From Candidatus Calditenuis fumarioli (GTDB taxonomy: Archaea > Thermoproteota > Nitrososphaeria_A > Caldarchaeales > Calditenuaceae), in contig JANVYR010000001.1 in the NCBI GenBank assembly GCA_030059665.1, positions 687,106-711,105 on the forward strand: 24,000 nt of DNA. The letters run 5' to 3'. Below, one piece after another: positions 16,347 to 22,997 of the stretch. The position numbers and the translations under genes were made by a program. The notes below the pieces were generated by a model. That model was not told the DNA's origin. It was given only the letters and a program-made list of their open reading frames with translations, and made no database searches. Position 1 is the first letter of the stretch, and every line of letters starts with the position of its first letter.

Positions 16347-17143
16347 TCAGCTCAGGTCCTTTTCCTCGGCTGCACCGGTCCGCCTGAACTTCCCCTTCCA
16401 GAAGGCCGGATAGGTTCCCCGCTCCATCAGGACGACGTCCGTCCTCACGAAGACGCCTCCCTCGTCGAAGTCGAGCGCCGACTTCTCGGCTTTGCCGAGG
16501 GCCACCAGCTCGCCCTTCAGCGTGAAGATCGCAACGAGGTCGCCCTTCTCGATGGTCCGGTCGTAACGCGCCACCCCGGGCGTCGCCAGTGGGGCTCCGT
16601 GGCATATGGCATCGACCGCCGTGTCGAGCACTTCCACCCTCGGGAGGTGTGCGACCAGCTCCTCGGGGTTCCGGACGATCTCCCTGAGCCAGGACCCGTC
16701 GCCCTCCAGATAGGACCTGTAGGCGGCGTAGACCTCCAGCAGGCTGTGGGCCTGGGACTCGTGGAGGTTCCCGACCCTGGTGCGCCTGAGCTCGCGAAGG
16801 TGGGCTCCTGTTCCCAGCAGAAGGCCGACGTCGTGGCAGAGCTTCCGGACGTAGGTCCCTCCGCTGACGACGACCCTGAAGAGGACGTCCCTCCCCTCCC
16901 TCTCGAGGACCTCGAGCTCGTAGACCGTCCTGAGCCTGGGCCTCCTGGCGACCCTCGACCTGACGGGTGGGGTCTGGTAGATCTCGCCGACGAACTTGGT
17001 CAGCGCCTCCGCCAGCTCCCTGTCCGAGACGTCGCCGTGCAGCCGCATTACGCCCACGTACTCCTTGGGCAGGCCCGTCACCGCCTGCGTGAGCCTCGTG
17101 GCCCTTCCCAGCAGCACCGGGAGGACGCCGGTTACAGCGGGAT
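16347..17143 (-). CDS. cbf5: tRNA/rRNA pseudouridine synthase Cbf5 (TruB family), exon 2: 2nd and 3rd nt of the catalytic Asp codon, then PAVTGVLPVLLG... through the PUA domain
   Basis: ...(D)PAVTGVLPVLLGRATRL...GEIYQTPP...LFRVVVSGGTYVRKLCHDVG...GAHLRELRRTRVG...PUA-like C-terminus. Colinear with archaeal Cbf5 once joined to exon 1. Confidence 0.85.
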
Positions 17144-17163
17144 CTCCCCCGCCCCGAGGGCGC
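17144..17163 (-). other. 20-nt bulge-helix-bulge intron inside the cbf5 coding sequence (RNA: GCGCCCUCGGGGCGGGGGAG)
   Basis: Removal restores the frame and the GHGGTLDP motif. The flanks form a canonical hBHBh' structure with both junctions after the 2nd nt of 3-nt bulges (see finding). Confidence 0.8.
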
Positions 17164-17398
17164 CAAGGGTCCCGCCGTGGCCGGCCTGCTCGACGCCGAG
17201 TATCCGGCGGACGGATGCCACCACGTCCTGGCTCGTAGGCCCGGCGTGCTTGTCCGCGACGAGGTACCCGAACTCGAGCAGATCCCGCAGGGTCCGGTCC
17301 TCGGGACGCTTGCCGTACCTCTCGTCGGTCGTCGCGTCCACCACCGTCACGATCTCCCTCTCACGCTCTCTGAAGGGGTCGGAGTAGACGAACCTCAA
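17164..17398 (-). CDS. cbf5: Cbf5 exon 1 (N-terminus to ...AGHGGTL plus the first nt of the Asp codon)
   Basis: ...DERYGKRPEDRTLRDLLEFGYLVADKHAGPTSQDVVASVRRILGVEQAGHGGTL matches the Cbf5 N-terminal region. Proposed TTG start overlaps the rpl14e stop (TTGA); an alternative GTG is at 17350. Confidence 0.75.
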
Positions 17399-17685
17399 CT
17401 GACCCCGACCTTCACCCTCGACCTCACGTACTCGATGAGACCCGCCTCTTCCAGCGCCCTCTTCACCTCCTCGTCGGACGCTCCCCTCGCTATCCTGACC
17501 TTGTGCGGGGTGAAAGCCAGGTGGAGCACGTTGACCCTGCGCCTCCTGACGCCCGATACCTCCTTGGGCCCGGTCACCACCACGAACCCGTCCTCCTTGT
17601 CGACGTCCACGATCACGCACTTCAGCCCCGCCTCCCTTCCCCTCGTCTTCACCGCGATCCTCCCGATCTCCTCATCCAGGCCCAT
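17395..17685 (-). CDS. rpl14e: Ribosomal protein eL14 (L14e)
   Basis: 96 aa. EIGRIAVKTRGREAGLKCVIVDV.D..FVVVTGPKEVSGVRRRRVNVLHL..T.....I.RGASDEEVKRALEEAGL is canonical L14e. ATG 17685 lies 27 nt from the AAATTT box. Confidence 0.85.
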   Translation of the reverse strand: MGLDEEIGRIAVKTRGREAGLKCVIVDVDKEDGFVVVTGPKEVSGVRRRRVNVLHLAFTPHKVRIARGASDEEVKRALEEAGLIEYVRSRVKVGVS

Positions 17686-17709
17686 GCCAGCGGCACAGTC
17701 CATCAACCC

Positions 17710-17715
17710 AAATTT
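17710..17715 (-). promoter_or_regulatory. TATA core (AAATTT) for the rpl14e-cbf5 operon
   Basis: Centre about 17712.5, 27 nt upstream of ATG 17685. Confidence 0.45.
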
Positions 17716-17754
17716 GAACGCTAACGACGCTGGAGGCGTCTGAGGGCGGAAGCG

Positions 17755-17760
17755 CAATAA
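17755..17760 (+). promoter_or_regulatory. Weak TATA-like box (CAATAA) for the GINS gene
   Basis: Centre is 27 nt upstream of GTG 17784. Confidence 0.35.
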
Positions 17761-17783
17761 CCCGCGGGCTCGGTGGCCGGTGC

Positions 17784-18356
17784 GTGGGCGCAGAGGAGGA
17801 GGTCTACGAGCGGTTGCTGAGGGCCCACGCGGAGGAGGTGAGGTCGCAGGGGCTCGCGAAGGTCCCGGAGGAGCTGCTCGACGCGATCGCCGCGCATGCC
17901 TCATCGCTGAGGAGGGCCATCAGGACCGCCGCGGAGAAGGGGTCGGTACACCAGAGGCTGAGGGAGCGGGAGCTCGAGGTCATGCGGAGGGTTCTGGCCG
18001 ATCTGCTCGAGCGGAGGCTGGCGAAGGTCGTCGGTGCGGCACTGGAGGGAAGGGTGCCTGAGAACGCGCTGCTCTTCGAGCTGCAGCTGTACCAGGAGCT
18101 CCGGACCGCCCTCGACTCCTACAGGGACCTCATGCTGCAGGCGGTGGAGGACCTGGACCTCCGGGGCTGCACATACCGGAGGGGACAGGCTCTGCTGGTC
18201 TTCACGGAGGACCACCCTGCGGTTACGGACGAGGAGGGCAGAAGAAGGGGCCCCTTCAGGCGAGGCTCCATTGCCTCCCTGCCACCGGTGACCGCGCTGC
18301 TCGCGCTGGACGCCGGAAAGGCGCGGCGCATCCCGCCACCACGGAGGCCGGAATAG
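17784..18356 (+). CDS. GINS complex subunit (Gins51/Gins15-like)
   Basis: Helical N-terminal domain (YERLLRAHAEE....L.KVPEELLD...). Small C-terminal beta domain (LLVFTEDHPAVTDEEGRRRGPFRRGSIASLPPVTALLALDAGKARRI). Assignment made by pattern memory only. Confidence 0.5.
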   Translation: MGAEEEVYERLLRAHAEEVRSQGLAKVPEELLDAIAAHASSLRRAIRTAAEKGSVHQRLRERELEVMRRVLADLLERRLAKVVGAALEGRVPENALLFELQLYQELRTALDSYRDLMLQAVEDLDLRGCTYRRGQALLVFTEDHPAVTDEEGRRRGPFRRGSIASLPPVTALLALDAGKARRIPPPRRPE

Positions 18357-18410
18357 CCGAATCTCCAGTAACCAATATTCATATGACGGTGCGGCCGAGC
18401 AGGGCCGGCG

Positions 18411-19565
18411 TTGTCTATCCCGAAGAGCAGCGTCGGGTATCTAACGCAGGTCTATCAGAACGTCTCCGAGGTCGACTGGTCCGGGGCCGAGGCACTCTAC
18501 AACTCCCTCAGGTCCGCGGGCGTGATCATCCCTGACGGGGAGGGGAGGAGCAAGGGAGCGCTGAGCATCGTCTGCAGCGAGATCGCCAAGATGCGCGGCG
18601 GCAAGGTCGTGATCGACAGGGCCGACATAGGATTTCCGGACAGGGACGTGGACGGAGCTGCACCGATCCTGAGGGAGAGGTACGGCCCAGTATCCCTGCT
18701 GATCTTCTCCGGCAGCGGACGGTCGCTGATACCGCTGGTCGACGCGCAGAAGCTGGCGCTCTACATCACCAAGTCGGGCAGGAGGAGGGACTACAGCATC
18801 GACGTGGTCACGAGCGACCCCAGCTCACCGCTGGGCAGGCTCGGGATGGAGTTCGGGACGTGCCTCGTCGTGAAGGGGAGGGAGCTGGAGGAGGACACGG
18901 TCGACACCTCTGCCTTCAAGTCCGTCGGCATCCTCGGCGACGTCTTCATCCTCGGCGCCAGCCTCGTGCTCCAGGCCATCGCAGAGTCCCTCTACTCGGG
19001 CAGGCCCTCCGAGATACGGAGCAGGGCCGCGAGGCTGATGGAGGAGACGAACGCGGTGGTTGAGAGGTTCGTCAACAGCGACTTCCTCACCGAGCTCGTC
19101 AGCCTCCTCGAGAGGAGGAACCTCTGTTTCTTCGCTGGCCTCGGGAGCGGACGTGAGGTGGCCCGGATGACCGCGGTCAGGATGGGTCACGTCAAGAGGG
19201 CGATAGGCGATCAGGTCTACGTCGCCGGCGAGTCGAGCACCCCGCCTCCGAGGGCAGGAGACGTGCTGGTGGTGATATCCTACAGCGGCGAGACGGAGGT
19301 CGTCGCGGCCTGGTGCAAGAACTTCAAGAAGCTCGGGGGGACGATCGCCTCGATCCTCGGCAGGAAGGGGACCACCATCGAGTCGCTCTCGGACATGGTC
19401 TTCCACATCGAGACGGAGGTCGAGCCCGGCGCACCGAACGACTTCTACATCAAGGCGGCCTTCGCCACCAGTCCCCTGCCCATCTACCTGATCGAGAAGC
19501 TGCAGGAGAGGGGGCTCAAGCTCCCCGAGTACATCATCCGCTGGTACCACTCGGTGACCGGCTGA
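18411..19565 (+). CDS. Tandem SIS-domain (sugar-phosphate isomerase/binding, PHI-like) protein
   Basis: C-terminal half is a clear SIS domain (FFAGLGSGREVARMTAVRMGH....VYVAGESSTPPPRAGDVLVVISYSGETEVV...K.LGGTIASI). The N-terminal half repeats the layout in degenerate form (DGEGRSKGALSIVCSEIAKM...LLIFSGSGRSLIP). TTG start. Confidence 0.65.
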   Translation: MSIPKSSVGYLTQVYQNVSEVDWSGAEALYNSLRSAGVIIPDGEGRSKGALSIVCSEIAKMRGGKVVIDRADIGFPDRDVDGAAPILRERYGPVSLLIFSGSGRSLIPLVDAQKLALYITKSGRRRDYSIDVVTSDPSSPLGRLGMEFGTCLVVKGRELEEDTVDTSAFKSVGILGDVFILGASLVLQAIAESLYSGRPSEIRSRAARLMEETNAVVERFVNSDFLTELVSLLERRNLCFFAGLGSGREVARMTAVRMGHVKRAIGDQVYVAGESSTPPPRAGDVLVVISYSGETEVVAAWCKNFKKLGGTIASILGRKGTTIESLSDMVFHIETEVEPGAPNDFYIKAAFATSPLPIYLIEKLQERGLKLPEYIIRWYHSVTG

Positions 19566-19654
19566 TCTCCGAACGCCCGACCTCCTCACGTGCCGGGCCG
19601 CTCCCTCCCCTGCTGGGGTAAAGGAGAAAAGGGCCGCTCTGCCCACTACATCTC

Positions 19655-20131
19655 GTGTCGGCCGGTAAGGACGTCGTCATCGGTCTCCTGAGGGAGGCCA
19701 ACGTCCCGTTCGAGGTCTACGAGCTCCGGGGTGATCAGGCGGCCACCGTGGAGAGCGCAGCCAGGTCCATCGGCGTCGACCCTTCCGTGATAGTGAAGAA
19801 CGTGGTCTTCACCTCCGGCGACGAGGCGGTCGTGGTGCTCTGCTCCGGCGACAAATCGGTCGATCGGGCGAAGCTCTCCGCAGCGCTGGGGAAGAACCTC
19901 CGGCTGGCCTCGAGGGACGAGGTACCGAGGCTCACCGGCTTCGTGGCAGGAGGCGTACCGCCCTTCGGTCACAGGGGCGAGGTGAAGGTCACCGTCGTTG
20001 CGGACAGATCGATCCTGAGGTTCGAGGAGGTGGTGACCTCCGCAGGCACGCCGAGCTCCCTTCTCAGGATCAGGACCGAGGACCTGCTCAAGCTCTCGAA
20101 GGCGATCGTCCTCGACGTCGCGAGGGGATAG
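19655..20131 (+). CDS. YbaK/ProX-type aminoacyl-tRNA deacylase (trans-editing domain protein)
   Basis: 158 aa. ...VIVKNVVF...VVVLCSGDKSVDRAKL...GFVAGGVPPFGH... is typical of the YbaK/ProRS-associated editing domain. Confidence 0.7.
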   Translation: MSAGKDVVIGLLREANVPFEVYELRGDQAATVESAARSIGVDPSVIVKNVVFTSGDEAVVVLCSGDKSVDRAKLSAALGKNLRLASRDEVPRLTGFVAGGVPPFGHRGEVKVTVVADRSILRFEEVVTSAGTPSSLLRIRTEDLLKLSKAIVLDVARG

Positions 20132-20215
20132 CGCCGATAGCGCCGCGAAGGCCCGTCCCTCTTCGCAAATCGACCTTAAATTAACGGGAATGGAACCGGG
20201 ACCGAGGTCGACCTC

Positions 20216-21271
20216 ATGTCACGAAACAAGACCGTGGTTTTGATACGTGGTGACGGAACCGGACCGGAGCTGACGGAAGCCTTCCTCGCGGTGCTGGAGA
20301 AGGTGAACCCTCCGGGACTCGAGGTCCTGATCAGGGAGGGAGGTTACGACTGGTGGGTATCTGCCGGCAAGCCGAAGGTGCCCGCGTTGATGCCCGAGGA
20401 GACGTGGGAGGCGATCAGGAACAGCGACGCCTGCCTCAAGGCTCCCACCACCACCCCACCCGATCCGGAGGCTCCGAGGAGCGTGGCCGTGAGCATCCGT
20501 CAGGCGATGGACCTCTACGCCAACATTAGGCCGATCAAGACCTTCAAGGGCCTTCCCGGGCCGCTGGGAGAGGTCGACTTCGTCTGCGTTAGGGAGGCGA
20601 CGGAGGGCCTCTACATCGGCATCGAGTTCATGGTCGAGAAGGGCGTTGCTGTGGCGCTCCGCAGGATAACCGACAGGTGCTCCGAGCGGATCGCGAGGGT
20701 GGCCTTCCAGGAGGCCAGAGCGAGGGGCTACGGCAAGGTCATCGCGATCACCAAGCGGAACATCCTGAGGCTGACCGACAGCGTCTTCTTCAACGCGGTC
20801 CAGCGGGTCGCCTCCGAGTTCCCGGACATAGCCCTGGAGGAGTACTACATCGACAACATGGCCCAGCAGCTGGTGAAGAACCCCCAGCGCTTCAACGGAA
20901 CGGTGCTGCTCAGCACCAACCTCTTCATGGACGTGATCTCGGAGCTCGCGTCGGCCCTCGTCGCCAACATCGGGATGATCTACTCCGCCAACATCGGCGA
21001 CAGCTACGCGATGTTCGAGCCTGCCCACGGATCCGCACCGAAGTACAAGGGGATGTACCGCGTGAACCCGACGGCCATGATCCTGTCCGGCGCCTGGATG
21101 CTGGAGTACCTTGGCTACGTCAAGGAGGGTAGGGCCATCTTCAGGGCGACCGAGGAGGTGGTGGAGGAGCGGAGGGAGGTCACGCACGACCTCGGCGGCA
21201 ACGCAAGCACGCTCGACATGGCGAGGGCGATAGCGAGGAGGGCAGAGCAGATCCTCGAGAGGGGAGGTTGA
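20216..21271 (+). CDS. Isocitrate/isopropylmalate dehydrogenase family enzyme (LeuB/homoisocitrate-DH-like)
   Basis: 351 aa. IRGDGTGPE; ...LKAPTTTP...SIRQAMDLYANIRP...; FVCVREATEGLY; YYIDNMAQQLV; EPAHGSAPK. Confidence 0.8.
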   Translation: MSRNKTVVLIRGDGTGPELTEAFLAVLEKVNPPGLEVLIREGGYDWWVSAGKPKVPALMPEETWEAIRNSDACLKAPTTTPPDPEAPRSVAVSIRQAMDLYANIRPIKTFKGLPGPLGEVDFVCVREATEGLYIGIEFMVEKGVAVALRRITDRCSERIARVAFQEARARGYGKVIAITKRNILRLTDSVFFNAVQRVASEFPDIALEEYYIDNMAQQLVKNPQRFNGTVLLSTNLFMDVISELASALVANIGMIYSANIGDSYAMFEPAHGSAPKYKGMYRVNPTAMILSGAWMLEYLGYVKEGRAIFRATEEVVEERREVTHDLGGNASTLDMARAIARRAEQILERGG

Positions 21272-21274
21272 GGG

Positions 21275-21793
21275 TCAGAGGAGGGCCAGCAACCTCTCCA
21301 GCAGGCCGTCGGCCTCGAGCTCCGTGATCCAGTCTACCTCCTCCGAACGGATCTCTCCCCGAAGGGCCCTCAGCACGAGGTCCGCCACCTCCTCTACCGT
21401 CCTGCCCGAGACCCTGATCTGGACCGTTCTCCGGGGGCCGTAGATCTCCAGCGTCCTGACGTAGACCAAGTCTATCAGCTCGGCCTCGACGTTCTGCCTC
21501 ACCTTCTCCCTGTCGTAACCTCTGGACCTCAGGACCTCCACCAGCTCGATCGGGTTCCTCCTCAGCACCACCACCCTCCTCGGGATCAGGCCCCTCGGCT
21601 TGAAGGGGACGTGCGAGACGACCACCCCGCCCCCTCTCCTCAGTAGGGCTCCGGCCCTCGCGGAGACGGCCCTCATGTCGGCCTCCTCTCCGCCTGCGAG
21701 CTCCGCCAGCTCGATCAGCCTCAACCCTAGCCTCTCGGCCACGATCCTTCCCACCTCGGACTTCCCGACGCCCGGTGTGCCGAAGATCAGCAC
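21275..21793 (-). CDS. Fap7/AK6-like nucleoside-triphosphatase (putative adenylate kinase, COG1936-type)
   Basis: P-loop FGTPGVGKS near the N-terminus; ...VVVSHV...VVVLRRNPIELVEVLRSRGY...KVRQNVEAELID. Start moved to GTG 21793 because the longer ORF overlaps the divergent gene and the TATA box. Confidence 0.65.
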   Translation of the reverse strand: MLIFGTPGVGKSEVGRIVAERLGLRLIELAELAGGEEADMRAVSARAGALLRRGGGVVVSHVPFKPRGLIPRRVVVLRRNPIELVEVLRSRGYDREKVRQNVEAELIDLVYVRTLEIYGPRRTVQIRVSGRTVEEVADLVLRALRGEIRSEEVDWITELEADGLLERLLALL

Positions 21794-21809
21794 CGCCCTC
21801 ACGACGGTC

Positions 21810-21818
21810 AAATTTTTT
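21810..21818. promoter_or_regulatory. A/T tract AAATTTTTT, candidate shared TATA box for the Fap7-like (-) and archaemetzincin (+) genes
   Basis: The only A/T-rich element between the two divergent genes. Candidate starts GTG 21793 and TTG 21845 lie about 21-31 nt on either side. Confidence 0.4.
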
Positions 21819-21844
21819 GCATGCCCTCTCAAAGCGTTCACGGT

Positions 21845-22363
21845 TTGGGTAGGAGGCGGCTGAGGATAGTAGCGGAGGGGTCGCTGAGGGAGGAGGCCCT
21901 TGAGGGCTCCGATGCGGTCCGGGAGGCCCTTCCGGTGGAGCCGGAGGTGGTCGTCGCGGACCTCACAGAGCGGGTCAGCAGTTCCAGGAACAGGATGAGG
22001 GGTCAGGTGAACGCGGTGAGGTTCCTCGAATCGATCGGCACCGATCCGCGCAGGGAGGAGCTGGTGCTCCTGCTGATATCCGACGACATCTACATCGACG
22101 GCTTCAACTTCTGCTTCGGGCTGGCATACGGTAAATCCGCGGTCGTCTCGGTCTACCGCCTCAGGTCACGGGACCGGCAGCTCTACCTGAGAAGGGTGAG
22201 GAAGGAGGTGGTCCACGAGGTGGGCCACATGCTGGGCCTCAAACACTGCAGGGACAGTAGCTGCGTCATGTTCTTCAGCAACTCGATCGAGGACACGGAC
22301 CGCAAAGGTGAGACCCTATGCCAGAGGTGCGCTGCGACTTTGCAGAGGATCGCCGTCAGCTGA
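21845..22363 (+). CDS. amzA: Archaemetzincin (peptidase M54)
   Basis: HEVGHMLGLKHC...SCVM...followed by CQRC (zinc protease site plus Cys4-type site). Start uncertain: TTG 21845 is preferred over ATG 21821, which abuts the TATA box. Confidence 0.8.
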   Translation: MGRRRLRIVAEGSLREEALEGSDAVREALPVEPEVVVADLTERVSSSRNRMRGQVNAVRFLESIGTDPRREELVLLLISDDIYIDGFNFCFGLAYGKSAVVSVYRLRSRDRQLYLRRVRKEVVHEVGHMLGLKHCRDSSCVMFFSNSIEDTDRKGETLCQRCAATLQRIAVS

Positions 22364-22448
22364 ACCGCAGTTCCTCCCGGTCTGAGCCCTCGGTGACCCG
22401 AGGCCCAGCGCTCCCGGATCGGGCTCCGGTGGACGTCAGTAGGCCCCC

Positions 22449-22886
22449 TCACTCCTCCCTCGCTTCCCTCTGCTCCCTCCCCTGCGTCTGGGCGAGCGCA
22501 GCACCCGAGGATATCAGGCCCTCTACGTACTCCCGGGTGATCACCTTCGACTCCAGCAGGTTCACAATGGAGTTGAGCGAGGCTATGCCCGTCAGCCTGC
22601 CGAGGGTTCCGGTGATCTGCCGCCACCTCAGCCTGGTGTTGCCGCTCCTAGAGTTGTAGATCACGCCCAGGACGTCGATCGCCTTCACGAAGGTTATGTC
22701 CCTGATCTGGGCCAGCTCGATCTTCGCCGCGGCCTCCAGGTAGATCTGTCCCCTCTCCGCCGGTCGCTCAGGGAAGATCGTCGGGTCCCTCAGGTACCCC
22801 TTCGGTATGAAGGAGAGGCAGGTGTTGTAGATCATGAAGCGCCTGAACCTCTCCAGCGGCGTCCTGACGTCGATCTGCACGCTCAT
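22449..22886 (-). CDS. Hypothetical protein (145 aa), family not recognised
   Basis: ORF with ATG about 32 nt from ATAAATATT. Mixed beta/helical composition with an acidic/Gln-rich tail (QTQGREQREAREE). No motif I can name. Confidence 0.5.
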   Translation of the reverse strand: MSVQIDVRTPLERFRRFMIYNTCLSFIPKGYLRDPTIFPERPAERGQIYLEAAAKIELAQIRDITFVKAIDVLGVIYNSRSGNTRLRWRQITGTLGRLTGIASLNSIVNLLESKVITREYVEGLISSGAALAQTQGREQREAREE

Positions 22887-22997
22887 GCTTCCCGCATGTC
22901 ATGACGTCCTCGGAATATTTATGTGGTTAAGGTAACAGGAGCCGCGTTCGGCCGTCCCGAGTGGAACCGTAGAATACCGGCAGGTCGGAGCAGGAGC

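Noticed and set aside
17144-17163. cbf5 read as a frameshifted pseudogene or sequencing error
   Set aside because: The disruption is exactly 20 nt and its removal restores the catalytic GGTLDP motif. Both junctions fall after the 2nd nucleotide of 3-nt bulges in a canonical helix-bulge-helix-bulge-helix fold, which is far too specific for a random indel. Both exons otherwise look fully conserved.
16315-17166. 283-aa - strand alternative-frame ORF over cbf5 exon 2
   Set aside because: Arg/Gly/Pro-rich out-of-frame ORF. The Cbf5 frame explains the region.
17399-17620. N-terminal 74 residues of ORF 17132..17620 (MRDRGRRQGGRVRGG...) as part of Cbf5
   Set aside because: This stretch is Arg/Gly low-complexity and lies in an alternative frame of the well-conserved rpl14e gene. 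Cbf5 homology begins only after the rpl14e stop.
20219-21187. 322-aa - strand ORF opposite the dehydrogenase gene
   Set aside because: Antisense shadow ORF rich in Arg/His/Leu/Gly and without motifs. The + strand product is a clear isocitrate/isopropylmalate dehydrogenase family member.
21821-21844. ATG 21821 as the archaemetzincin start
   Set aside because: The ATG directly abuts the only TATA-like tract and would force overlap with the divergent gene. The added residues (MPSQSVHG) have no counterpart in the family as I recall it. Kept only as an alternative.
22387-22423. Hairpins CCTCGG-TGAC-CCGAGG and CCCG-GAT-CGGG between convergent genes as terminators
   Set aside because: The stems are short and expected by chance in GC-rich DNA, and there is no adjacent oligo-T tract of the kind used for archaeal termination. 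Not supportable as features.
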